Origin: a virus
Lineage: Duplodnaviria; Caudoviricetes
Virus record (IMG/VR): IMGVR_UViG_3300010048_000040
Span: 1 to 24,553 of that record
Strand: one strand, 5' to 3'
Length of the DNA: 24,553 nt
The notes beneath the pieces are model-generated. The model ran no database searches and had not been told where the DNA came from. It saw only the letters and a program-made list of their open reading frames with translations. This document shows, piece after piece, positions 9,555 to 17,584 of the stretch (its first letter is position 1; each line of letters starts with the position of its first letter). The translations under genes were made by a program, and so were the position numbers.

Positions 9555-9956
9555 ATGGACAGACGAAAGCTGATGCAAAGTGCATCGCTGATCCCGATCG
9601 GTTTCGGCGTCAGCGGTATGGCAGGTGGCGCACTGGCAACCTGCACGCCGACCGGCATTCAGATCGACCCGAACGTACTGGTCGCGATCAACAATGCCGT
9701 GGCGACCGGCTGCAACTGGATACCAGCGATTACCACGGTAGTGGCGCTGGTCAACGCCAGCTTCCCGGCCGTCGTCGGCGCGACCACGGTGGCCGAGAGC
9801 GTGGTCAATCAGGTCGCCAATGTGCTGTGCAAGGCCGCACCGGCACCGACAGCGGGCGGCAAGTTCGAAGCTAAGGCTCCGCTGAAGGCGGCGGACGGCA
9901 CTGAAATTCCAGTTCATGGATGGGTGGTGGAAAATGGCAAGCTCACGTATGTCTGA
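9555..9956 (+). CDS. Twin-arginine-signal (Tat-like) exported/lipoprotein-like protein
   Basis: AGGAG RBS; MDRRKLMQSASL + hydrophobic/Gly stretch + LATC. Confidence 0.65.
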   Translation: MDRRKLMQSASLIPIGFGVSGMAGGALATCTPTGIQIDPNVLVAINNAVATGCNWIPAITTVVALVNASFPAVVGATTVAESVVNQVANVLCKAAPAPTAGGKFEAKAPLKAADGTEIPVHGWVVENGKLTYV

Positions 9957-10257
9957 CAAGCTGCGGATGGGCACCGCTAGCACTGACGAGATCAACGCGG
10001 CGTTCGACAAGGTCTATCCCGAGCTACTGAACCTTGCCCACTACTATGCGGGCATGGTGCACGTGCCGTTCGTCAACGTCGAACAAATGATCCGCAACGA
10101 GATGCAGACGCCTGAGTTCAAGAAGCAGGCGGTGCAGATCATTGCCGATGCGATCACGGCGGCGGAAGCGGTGCACGCGCCAAGCGCAAGCGCTGGCGGT
10201 GCCGGTGGTGGCCCTAGTGCCGACGCTACCGTGATACCGGCGGGGGGAAAAAAATGA
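9949..10257 (+). CDS. Hypothetical protein
   Basis: Start overlaps the upstream stop; phage-like codon usage; ATGA overlap with the next gene. Confidence 0.65.
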   Translation: MSDKLRMGTASTDEINAAFDKVYPELLNLAHYYAGMVHVPFVNVEQMIRNEMQTPEFKKQAVQIIADAITAAEAVHAPSASAGGAGGGPSADATVIPAGGKK

Positions 10258-11177
10258 CGCAGGTGCCCGGGCAACGGCGCGCCGGTAAGCGCGGCAAGCT
10301 GCCCGCGCGGCCCGGCTCCATTATTCTCAAGTTCGGCGACTATCTGAACAAGGCCAAACTGCCGCCGCTGCCGCCCCGATTCGGCCATGTCACCAATGTG
10401 CCGCCCGGCCACGGCTGGGGCATGCTAGGCAACGATGTGGCGTCGGACTGCGTCATCGCCGGGCGCTGTCATGAGATCATGATGGAAGCATCGGCGACGC
10501 ATCGGCCGATCCCCAGCTTCACCGCCGCCACGGCGCTGGCCGACTATTCGCGCTGCTTGGTGGCGTCGGGCGGACCACCGTACAACCCGCACGATCCGAA
10601 CACCGACGCCGGGCTCGACATGCAGCAGGCGGCTAAGTGGTGGCGCGATGTCGGCATCACCGACGCCGACGGTCATGTCCACAAGATCGACGCCTTCGTC
10701 GCGATCGGCAGTGTCGATGACCTGCTGATGGCGACCTATCTGTGCGGCTCCGGTGGCTGCGGCTTGGCTTTGCCTGCATCGGCGGAAGCGCAGTTCGAAG
10801 CCGGTCAGGTATGGGACGATCTGCGCGGCGCGTCGATCGGCGGCCACTACGTGCCGTGTGTCGGCTGGATGGGCGGCCATCTGGTCTTCGTCACGTGGGG
10901 CGAGTTGCAGGGCGCGACGCGCGAATACGTTGCGGCGCGCATGGAAGACGGCGTGTGCTGCCTGTCACGCGAATACATGACGGCGAGCGGACTGTCGCCC
11001 GAGATGATCGACTGGTCAGCGCTGATCGACGACGTTGATGCGCTGGCCAATGCGTCGAGAGTCGGCATGCACGAGTCGGCGCGGCAGCAGGCCGAGCGCA
11101 CGGCCGAAGCCGAAGAGCCGCCTGAAGACGACCCGCCACCGCGATCGCGCAAGCCGCGCAAGAGAAAGAAGCGCTAG
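10254..11177 (+). CDS. Papain-like (C1-related) cysteine peptidase-like phage protein
   Basis: MLGND..SDCVIAG (Cys), GGHYV..VG (His), FVTWG; basic disordered termini. Confidence 0.6.
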   Translation: MTQVPGQRRAGKRGKLPARPGSIILKFGDYLNKAKLPPLPPRFGHVTNVPPGHGWGMLGNDVASDCVIAGRCHEIMMEASATHRPIPSFTAATALADYSRCLVASGGPPYNPHDPNTDAGLDMQQAAKWWRDVGITDADGHVHKIDAFVAIGSVDDLLMATYLCGSGGCGLALPASAEAQFEAGQVWDDLRGASIGGHYVPCVGWMGGHLVFVTWGELQGATREYVAARMEDGVCCLSREYMTASGLSPEMIDWSALIDDVDALANASRVGMHESARQQAERTAEAEEPPEDDPPPRSRKPRKRKKR

Positions 11178-11563
11178 CGATCGCGCGGCACCACCTGCCC
11201 GCTGAACTTCCGCGACCGGCTCTTGTCGAAGCCACGGCTCCGCAGCTTTCTGCGGGGCCGTTTTCGTTTGCGCGGTCCCATGCCCGGCAGCTTGGCCGTA
11301 ATCCGTTTGACCTTGGCGACGATCGATGTGTCGCGCCGGGCTGTCTCACGATGCTCAGGCTTGAGCATTGGCGTCAGATTCCACCAGCGATCCGGCCCGT
11401 CGTGGGCATGCAAAATGTTGTGGTGCATCTCAAACTCGCGGATCACCGCTGACGCGGAGAAGCGAGCAGTGCGCATTAGGTCGCGCACGCCTTGCGGCAG
11501 CAGCATCGACAGCGCTGCGGCAAGCTGTTCGCGCAGCGGGATATGCTTGCGCTTACGCTTCAC
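11174..11563 (-). CDS. HNH-endonuclease-like protein
   Basis: EMHHNILHAHDGPDRWWNLTPMLKPEHR..RD...AKVKR and SRGF..RKFSGQVV tail; GTG start at 11563 overlaps the upstream gene end. Confidence 0.6.
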   Translation of the reverse strand: MKRKRKHIPLREQLAAALSMLLPQGVRDLMRTARFSASAVIREFEMHHNILHAHDGPDRWWNLTPMLKPEHRETARRDTSIVAKVKRITAKLPGMGPRKRKRPRRKLRSRGFDKSRSRKFSGQVVPRDR

Positions 11564-12083
11564 TGCCTTTGATCGTCTGCTTGATCTTGTCCACCATGCT
11601 GGCGAAGTCAGGATCGTCGGCGATGCGTTCGCGAGTCCTGTCACGGGCGTGCAGCACTGTGGTGTGATCCCGGCCGAACCAGCGACCGACCGCTTTCAGG
11701 CTTGCGGCGGGCACAATCTCAAGGCACAGAAACATCGCGACCTGCCGCGCTCGCGCAACATGCTGCGAGCGCTTGACGCTGACAAGTTCGCTGCGGGTCA
11801 TACCGAAGCGCTCAGCGACCACTTGCTGGACGTGCCGCCATGACAACATGGGCGGCACCTTAGCACGCCAATCGTCCAACCACTGTGCAATCCAGTCGGG
11901 TCGGATCGGCTCGGGCTGGACAAGGGGTTTCAGCGGCTGGGGCGGTGGCGCAGGCGGCGGTGGCGGCGCTGCCGACTTGATCGTGTGCCAGCGTTTCATG
12001 CGCTCGGCGTGCTCGCGGGCGAGTCGTTTCTGCGTTGGCGTGGCGTCGTCGCGGTGCGTGTCTTCACGTAGTAGGTTTGTCAT
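11553..12083 (-). CDS. DnaA C-terminal (domain IV) DNA-binding protein, no AAA+ domain
   Basis: VAERFGM..EL.S.KR...ARARQVAMFL..SLKAVGRWFGRDHTTVLHA signature; GAAGGAG RBS before ATG 12083. Confidence 0.85.
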   Translation of the reverse strand: MTNLLREDTHRDDATPTQKRLAREHAERMKRWHTIKSAAPPPPPAPPPQPLKPLVQPEPIRPDWIAQWLDDWRAKVPPMLSWRHVQQVVAERFGMTRSELVSVKRSQHVARARQVAMFLCLEIVPAASLKAVGRWFGRDHTTVLHARDRTRERIADDPDFASMVDKIKQTIKGSEA

Positions 12084-12213
12084 CGGCTGGCTCCTTCGCT
12101 GGTTCGGGCCAGATCGCCTTGAAGGCATCGAGCACCGCCTTGCTGAGCGGCAGCGGCACCGGCTTCACATTGTTCTCGATCCTGATCTTGAGCGTCGGTC
12201 CGTAGTTTTTCAT
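12064..12213 (-). CDS. Small hypothetical protein (49 aa)
   Basis: ATGA overlap with the upstream gene; fills the operon gap. Confidence 0.5.
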   Translation of the reverse strand: MKNYGPTLKIRIENNVKPVPLPLSKAVLDAFKAIWPEPAKEPADDKPTT

Positions 12214-12497
12214 TGCACGGTCCCGTGCGGCGGATGGCTCGGCAGATTCAAGGCCGTCATCACCGTGTAGTTGCAACCGCGCTTTTTGATGTCAGTCACA
12301 TGCCCGCATCGGTCGCAGGAGCCGGTTTCGTAGAAGGCGTTGGCGATCGGCATCGTCAGCCGCTGCTTGCACTTATCACAAGTGAACTTCTGATAAACGG
12401 TGAGTCCGCCGCACGCCAACTCATTGGCGCGCTTGATGACCTTCTCGAATGGAAAGTCCAGCGGCTTTTTCTTGCCCTTGAGCTTGAGCTTGGTCAT
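12210..12497 (-). CDS. Zinc-ribbon protein
   Basis: CDKC ... CDRC pairs; ATG overlaps the RecT stop. Confidence 0.7.
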   Translation of the reverse strand: MTKLKLKGKKKPLDFPFEKVIKRANELACGGLTVYQKFTCDKCKQRLTMPIANAFYETGSCDRCGHVTDIKKRGCNYTVMTALNLPSHPPHGTVQ

Positions 12498-13378
12498 CGC
12501 CGCCACTTCCGGTGTGGTTGCTTGGTCTTGGCCTTCGGCTTCGGTTTGTGGTTCAGCGCCGCCGCGACATGTTCGTGGCTGAAGCCTTCACGCTCCTTGG
12601 CGTCGGCGCTGGCGTTCTGCTTCAGCCGTTCGGTCAGCGCTTGCACATCGCTGGTCACGTCGATCGCCCGCTCGGCACCGACGCCCGCCATGTCCTGAAG
12701 CTCGTCAACGCCGTACAGGCCGAGCATCACTTCAGGGCAGTACATGCGGCAGAAGGCGCGGCTGGCGTAATAGAACTGCTGCCGGTCGGGATCGCTATCC
12801 CACAGCGGCGAGCCCTTGCGCACCATCACCGGCTTGCGATCGGGGCCAAGAATCTCGGTGCCAGCCTTGTCGGTCTTTGGTCCCAAGACCGGCATGATCT
12901 GTTTGCGCGGTGGCGTGGTGTAGCTCAGCGGATCAAGCTCGTTGATGAAATGGCCGGTGACGGTGCAGGTGCGATCGTCGCCTTCGCCAGCGTAGCTGAC
13001 CTTCAACCGGCTGCGCAGGCCTGCCCGCTTGTCCATGACGGCGCGGAAGACGTGCGACGTGAAACCGAGCCGTCCGTTGATCACGGCCGATTCGTTTGCC
13101 AGCATGTACGGCGAGAAGCCCCACGACATCGCCACGTCGTGCAGCGCGATCGACATGCCGAGATTGCCGCGCACGTGCGCTGGCACCGCTTCCTTGCTGT
13201 TCGCCATGGCCTTGGCGATGTCCGCCATCTGCGCAAAGTCTTTGGGCGTGATGTAGCCGCGCTCGCCGACCGGGATCATCTGCGCGGCCGAACGAGCATC
13301 GCCCGGCTTGATCGGCGGAAGCTCGGTTTCGGTCGCTGCTTCGGGCATCTGCATTGCTGCTTGGGTTTCGTCAGTCAT
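12494..13378 (-). CDS. recT: RecT-family single-strand annealing protein
   Basis: VPAHVRGN.G..A..WGFSPY, SPLW..DPDRQ..Y.A.RAFCR.YCPEVMLGLY..DE; adjacent to the exonuclease gene. Confidence 0.85.
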   Translation of the reverse strand: MTDETQAAMQMPEAATETELPPIKPGDARSAAQMIPVGERGYITPKDFAQMADIAKAMANSKEAVPAHVRGNLGMSIALHDVAMSWGFSPYMLANESAVINGRLGFTSHVFRAVMDKRAGLRSRLKVSYAGEGDDRTCTVTGHFINELDPLSYTTPPRKQIMPVLGPKTDKAGTEILGPDRKPVMVRKGSPLWDSDPDRQQFYYASRAFCRMYCPEVMLGLYGVDELQDMAGVGAERAIDVTSDVQALTERLKQNASADAKEREGFSHEHVAAALNHKPKPKAKTKQPHRKWRR

Positions 13379-13563
13379 AGTTGCTCTCCCTCAAACAGAA
13401 CATCGCTGGCGTGCTTACGGGCGTCGGATTCGCTCTCGGTGAAGTGGACGACAAAGTCCTGCCCGAGTATCGGCAGACCGGACAGCATCTTGGCAAGGTC
13501 GTAGCGATCGAGCGCGATCAGCGTGACGACGTTGCCTTGATAGATGCCACGGTGCGCGATCAT
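13375..13563 (-). CDS. Small hypothetical protein
   Basis: ATGA overlaps at both ends. Confidence 0.55.
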   Translation of the reverse strand: MIAHRGIYQGNVVTLIALDRYDLAKMLSGLPILGQDFVVHFTESESDARKHASDVLFEGEQL

Positions 13564-13769
13564 TGCATCCGTTCCAGAGTTACGGCGCGAGTCTTGGTGC
13601 CATCCGGCCATTCGATCCAGACCGTGCCATCGGGATATGCCAGTGCCTTGCCGCCCGTGCGCATGGTGCCATCGACGAAAACCACGGACGCAGTGCCATC
13701 AGCATAGACGCGAATCGTTGCCGGTCCGTCAGTGCCCCAAATCACCACATCATCGTCATCGCTAGTCAT
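13560..13769 (-). CDS. Small beta-hairpin-repeat hypothetical protein
   Basis: Four x-x-x-DGT repeats (YADGT, FVDGT, YPDGT, WPDGT); ATGA overlaps. Confidence 0.6.
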   Translation of the reverse strand: MTSDDDDVVIWGTDGPATIRVYADGTASVVFVDGTMRTGGKALAYPDGTVWIEWPDGTKTRAVTLERMQ

Positions 13770-14674
13770 TGCTGCGGCTCCGCTGATTCCCGGTACTTCT
13801 CGGTCAGTGGGATGGTGACGATATGGCCGTCGCCCGGGCCGGGCCAGCGCTTGTGCTTGATGCAATCGGCGATCAGATCGAGGGCGCGGCGATTCTGCCG
13901 GTGGCCGAGATCAATGTCACGCGGATCGAGCACGACGATGCGCACGCAGTGCGGTCGCTTGCTCTCGACGAACACCAGCGAGAACGATGTCATGCCGAGC
14001 CCGAGCACTTGCGCACTGGCTTCGCGGATCACGGCGGCTTGCTGGTGATAGGCGCAACTGCCAACCGTGTTCATCAGCAGCGGGAAGCTGGTGCGCGTGG
14101 TGGTCTTCAGGTCGGCATAATCACCAGAATCGTTCGGGATCACGTCGGGCCGCGCCTTCACCCACAGCCCGGTCTTGCTGTCTCGGTAGAACAGCGATTG
14201 CTCGATCCGGCCAGTGAGCAGGCTGATCGCCAGCGGCGCTAGTGCGATCTGCATTGCCATGCCGGTGATCGCTTCGACCTGCTCGCCGGTCAGCGGCATC
14301 CGGCCGCGCGCTGTCTGATCGTCGCGCCAATCACGCGCCGCCTTCGATCGGTAGTCGGGGAAATCGTCGGGCCGGATCGCAAACGATTTGGAGAACGCGC
14401 CGCCACGCTTCGAACCTTCAAGGAACAAAAAATGAGCGGCACGACCGAGCAGGAAGTGCGGTTTATCTTCCGGCTCGGCGGCCTGCGGGTTGCCGGACCA
14501 CTCGTCGTAAAAATGCGCCGGGCTGCCGCCGTTGATCTCAAGCACGCGGCGCAGCCCGCTCGACGACACGCTCGGGCCGTCGCATATCCACTGGCTGTGA
14601 TAGATATTGAGGGGGATGCCGGAATAGATGCCCGGCTTTGAGATGGTCTTGCCATCCCACTTGATTGCTTCCAC
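13766..14674 (-). CDS. RecE/exonuclease VIII-like PD-(D/E)XK nuclease (DUF3799-like)
   Basis: PGIY..I....YH, VSSSGLR, LGRAAH..LE, EQSLF.RD..TGLW.KARPD, DLKTT, YHQQAA; GAAGGAG RBS, GTG start. Confidence 0.88.
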   Translation of the reverse strand: MEAIKWDGKTISKPGIYSGIPLNIYHSQWICDGPSVSSSGLRRVLEINGGSPAHFYDEWSGNPQAAEPEDKPHFLLGRAAHFLFLEGSKRGGAFSKSFAIRPDDFPDYRSKAARDWRDDQTARGRMPLTGEQVEAITGMAMQIALAPLAISLLTGRIEQSLFYRDSKTGLWVKARPDVIPNDSGDYADLKTTTRTSFPLLMNTVGSCAYHQQAAVIREASAQVLGLGMTSFSLVFVESKRPHCVRIVVLDPRDIDLGHRQNRRALDLIADCIKHKRWPGPGDGHIVTIPLTEKYRESAEPQQ

Positions 14675-14691
14675 TGACCGGCTCCTTCAGG

Positions 14692-14731
14692 TTGCGATTT
14701 GCAAAATATAGCAAAAAGCCCCGGCTGACAA
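14692..14731 (-). promoter_or_regulatory. Putative promoter for the recE-recT operon with overlapping 13-bp palindrome
   Basis: Minus strand TTGTCA-N13-GCTATATT, followed by palindrome TTGCGATTTGCAA (14692-14704) and the RBS. Confidence 0.45.
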
Positions 14732-14746
14732 CGGCTGGGGCTTCTT
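14713..14746. terminator. Hairpin, probable intrinsic terminator after 14763-15314
   Basis: AAGCCCC...GGGGCTT stem with an A-run on the left (U-tract on the minus strand), 17-20 nt after the stop codon. Confidence 0.5.
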
Positions 14747-14762
14747 GGGCGTTTTTCGAGAA

Positions 14763-15314
14763 TTACGCAGCCATTGGAACAGGCGGGATGATGCCAGCAT
14801 CAACGGCGCGACGGTGGGCACCCTTGAGAATGCGAACCTTCCCGTCAGAGTTGCCACCACCATTTCCGCGATAGCCGGGCGCACCGTGCTTCTTTGGCAC
14901 CTTCAACGTAGCGACGATGTCTGCATCAGCAAACTCTCGCAGGAAGCGCCGGTTTGAGAACGTATCAAATCGACGAAGATGCCTTGTGAAGTTGTGGGCA
15001 TAGCGAACGCAGCGGAAAGTGCCGCCGACCCGGCGCGGTACATGCGTCAGGATATACACCGCCGATCCGATCACATAGACCAGCTTTACCTTGTGGGGGA
15101 AAAGCGCGGGCTGTTGGTGTGCCAATTCCCTGACGGCTTCCGCCAGCAGACAAGTCCACGGGATGCCGCGACTGGCTCTTCTGACAAAATGTTTAGCGAG
15201 CGTGATCGGGACATCAATCTCTCGCTTGCCGTCCGTCCATATTGCCGGAAGGTAGTTCTTTAGATGATCGTCAGTGTAGAGCCTGACGATCTTCCGCCTT
15301 CTTTGTGACCGCAT
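14763..15314 (-). CDS. Hypothetical basic protein
   Basis: 183-aa ORF with GGAG RBS; overlaps the upstream gene end; followed by a hairpin. Confidence 0.6.
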   Translation of the reverse strand: MRSQRRRKIVRLYTDDHLKNYLPAIWTDGKREIDVPITLAKHFVRRASRGIPWTCLLAEAVRELAHQQPALFPHKVKLVYVIGSAVYILTHVPRRVGGTFRCVRYAHNFTRHLRRFDTFSNRRFLREFADADIVATLKVPKKHGAPGYRGNGGGNSDGKVRILKGAHRRAVDAGIIPPVPMAA

Positions 15315-15900
15315 GGGCCATCTCCCTGAGCTTGCCGAGCAGTTCTTGCCATGCGGCGATCACACGCTCGACGTTGTCGATAGCGTCGAGCTTGCGAATC
15401 AAACCCGGCGATGTGCCATCACGAAGGATGGCGCATTGGTTGGCGAGGCGGATTGCTTCTGGTATCTGCCAGCGGAACGCATTGGCGATCAGTTCGGCTT
15501 CGGTTAATCCGCCGTCGTCATCATGTTCTGGATCGTAGCCACGGCAGTCAGTGGTCATGGAATTTTTGCCGTTCGCGGCTGTCGAGCCACTGTTACGTAA
15601 CAGTGACTTGGCGCGATGTTTGCGCACTCGTTGACGAGTCGCCGCTCGCACCTTGGCGACCGTGGTTTTATTTCGGGAAATGCTGATCAATTCATCGGCG
15701 CGTTGCTGACTCAGCTTGAAGTGCTCGCGCACGTACTCGGGCCACGGGCGATCCTTCGGCTTCCCGTGCTTGAGCTTGGCCAGCGCCTTGCCAGCGGCGA
15801 CGGCATGCTTCTGAGCGGTGTGTGTCGTCTGCTCCAACCCGCACAGGTGATATTTGACTTCGCGGATCAGTGCAGCTTGCTGTTTGTCGGCCATCGCCAT
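15271..15900 (-). CDS. DUF3102-like DNA-binding protein
   Basis: AVAAGKAL..LK......W.EYV.EHF.LS..RA.EL.I pattern; AGGAG RBS; divergent from the Cro-like gene. Confidence 0.6.
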   Translation of the reverse strand: MAMADKQQAALIREVKYHLCGLEQTTHTAQKHAVAAGKALAKLKHGKPKDRPWPEYVREHFKLSQQRADELISISRNKTTVAKVRAATRQRVRKHRAKSLLRNSGSTAANGKNSMTTDCRGYDPEHDDDGGLTEAELIANAFRWQIPEAIRLANQCAILRDGTSPGLIRKLDAIDNVERVIAAWQELLGKLREMAHAVTKKAEDRQALH

Positions 15901-15913
15901 GTTGCCGTTCTCC

Positions 15914-15975
15914 TGCTATATTGCGAGATGCAAATGCGAAGATAAGCGTGACCGCTGGCGTTTGCAAGCTGCGAA
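15914..15975. promoter_or_regulatory. Divergent control region with TTGC-N5-GC(A/G)A boxes
   Basis: TTGCGAGATGCAA (15921-15933) and TTGCAAGCTGCGA (15962-15974) between divergent genes. Confidence 0.45.
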
Positions 15976-15986
15976 GGAAGGCTTGA

Positions 15987-16205
15987 ATGCGTGACGGTTA
16001 CGTGAATGACGACCTGATCCGGCAGCGGATCGCCGCCGAGCTTAACCGGGGCACCACGACCCGTAAGCAGATGGCGCAAAGGCTGCGCATCAGCGAGCCG
16101 TTCCTGTCGCAGTTCCTGAGCCGAGTCCGGCCGCACGCCAGCCCGGTGATGCTCAAGGTTTTGGGTTATGATCTGACCCGGTACTACAAGCGAGTAGATC
16201 AATGA
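15987..16205 (+). CDS. Cro-like XRE helix-turn-helix regulator
   Basis: TRKQMAQRLRISEPFLSQFLS..R...P.MLKVLG; 72 aa; first gene of the rightward operon. Confidence 0.8.
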   Translation: MRDGYVNDDLIRQRIAAELNRGTTTRKQMAQRLRISEPFLSQFLSRVRPHASPVMLKVLGYDLTRYYKRVDQ

Positions 16206-16420
16206 CCAAATCGATCACGCTGGCTTATGCACGGCTCGGCAACACTTACGAAGTGCAGTCGATCAGCAACTCGGCGCTGCTCAACCCGGGCGACTGGATC
16301 AACCCGGCCTACCGCAAGGCGCTGGTTGATGCCGGTTGGGAAGTGACGACGATCGCGTTGCACATTTCAATGCCGATCAACCCGGCGACCGTTCTGAGCG
16401 CGATCCCGGCGGTGCTGTGA
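16202..16420 (+). CDS. Hypothetical protein
   Basis: ATGA overlap; phage-like codon usage. Confidence 0.6.
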   Translation: MTKSITLAYARLGNTYEVQSISNSALLNPGDWINPAYRKALVDAGWEVTTIALHISMPINPATVLSAIPAVL

Positions 16421-16647
16421 TGACCGATGATCTGAAGCTCGGCGCGACCGGCGAATTCCCGCAGGGCAAAATGAATCCCACTGACGAGGGTGCGTGCAAC
16501 ATCGCGATCGCTCGCGATCCGCAAGGCCGCGTCGTCGTCAACTTTGGCAAGCCGGTGGTCTGGTTCGCGCTGTACCGGACCGATGCGATTCAGTTTGCCA
16601 AGTTGATCCTGCAAAAAGCCAACGTGAAGCGCTTTACGTTCCCATGA
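16420..16647 (+). CDS. Hypothetical protein
   Basis: TGATG overlap; LGATGEFPQGKMNPTDEG..VVVNFGKPVVW. Confidence 0.65.
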   Translation: MTDDLKLGATGEFPQGKMNPTDEGACNIAIARDPQGRVVVNFGKPVVWFALYRTDAIQFAKLILQKANVKRFTFP

Positions 16648-17078
16648 CCGTGCAGTCGCCGACATGGAAGGGGCCACCGCTGCCGGATCACCAGCCACTG
16701 CTGGATCGGACTATGCTCGACCTGCCGCCGCCGATCTCGGTGAACCGGCTGCGCCGGTTGAATAAGGCGGAACTGTTCGCGCACGGCCGCTGGATCGACA
16801 GGTGCGATCGCACGGTGACGGCGCAATGGGCAGCGGCCAAGCTGCGCGGCGTCAGCCGCCCGAACTTCGGCGACGCCAAGGTTGAGATCACGGTGCAGCT
16901 AAACGAGCGGATGAAACTGCGCGACGCCGACAACGCGGGCAAAGCGGTGCTCGACTACCTGAAGCGAATCGAGATAATCCGCGACGACTCAAAGCAGTAC
17001 GTGCGTCGAATCATTTTCGAGTGGGTCGCGGCGAAGGATGCGCCCGAAGGCGTGCGACTAACTGTTGTGCGTCTTTGA
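16644..17078 (+). CDS. rusA: RusA-family Holliday junction resolvase
   Basis: LPPPISVN, RDADNAGKAVLDYL....IIRDDS..V catalytic Asp pattern; ATGA overlap. Confidence 0.8.
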   Translation: MTVQSPTWKGPPLPDHQPLLDRTMLDLPPPISVNRLRRLNKAELFAHGRWIDRCDRTVTAQWAAAKLRGVSRPNFGDAKVEITVQLNERMKLRDADNAGKAVLDYLKRIEIIRDDSKQYVRRIIFEWVAAKDAPEGVRLTVVRL

Positions 17079-17195
17079 ACTTTTCGGCGCTAAACCTTGG
17101 GTCAGTTTTTTTCCGTTGACTGTGACGGCGCTCGGGTATTGCATGACCGAATCATGAATAGGTCGCAGATCAATCCAACACGGTAGGTGAAACGA

Positions 17196-17226
17196 AAAGC
17201 CCGCAGGTGCGATCCCTGCGGGCTTT
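17196..17226. terminator. Perfect 12-bp hairpin, potentially bidirectional terminator
   Basis: AAAGCCCGCAGG-tgcgatc-CCTGCGGGCTTT. Confidence 0.65.
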
Positions 17227-17324
17227 ATGTTGGGCGAGCCGGTTAAGCAAACCCAACGATGCAGTGCCGTCCTGTGGGAACTGCTGCTGCGGTTTGTTAG
17301 CTAGCATCGCAGCGGTTCTAAAAC

Positions 17325-17364
17325 AAGACGGCCCTCAAGTTGCGACACTTGAGAGCCGTTTTTT
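17325..17364 (+). terminator. Hairpin + U-tract
   Basis: ACGGC.CTCAAGT-tgcgac-ACTTGAG.GCCGT followed by TTTTT. Confidence 0.55.
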
Positions 17365-17575
17365 ATGTCGTGCGCCGGTCCACGGCCATCTAACCCGATC
17401 CACCGAAGGCCAAGGTGGTTTGGGTGATCCAGACAAAGCGGGCGAATCAGGGATTCGCACGCAACGGGAGAGGCTTAGCATGATTCGGAAGCGAACACTA
17501 GAGAGGCTTGCTCAGACTCAGTCTTCGCTGGGCCGCTGTAAAGACGTGGCCAAGGAAGCAAGGAAGTGAAGAGGG

Positions 17576-17584
17576 TGTGGATAA
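17576..17584 (-). promoter_or_regulatory. Consensus DnaA box
   Basis: TGTGGATAA is the reverse complement of TTATCCACA (9/9). Confidence 0.5.

Noticed and set aside
858-13504. Long alternative-frame ORFs (e.g. 858-1445, 4505-5386, 6801-7778, 12512-13504)
   Set aside because: These are shadow ORFs of GC-rich genes that have recognisable motifs on the other strand.
17207-17569. 120-aa ORF in the structured region
   Set aside because: It starts inside a hairpin, has no RBS, has atypical codon usage and crosses a terminator-like hairpin.
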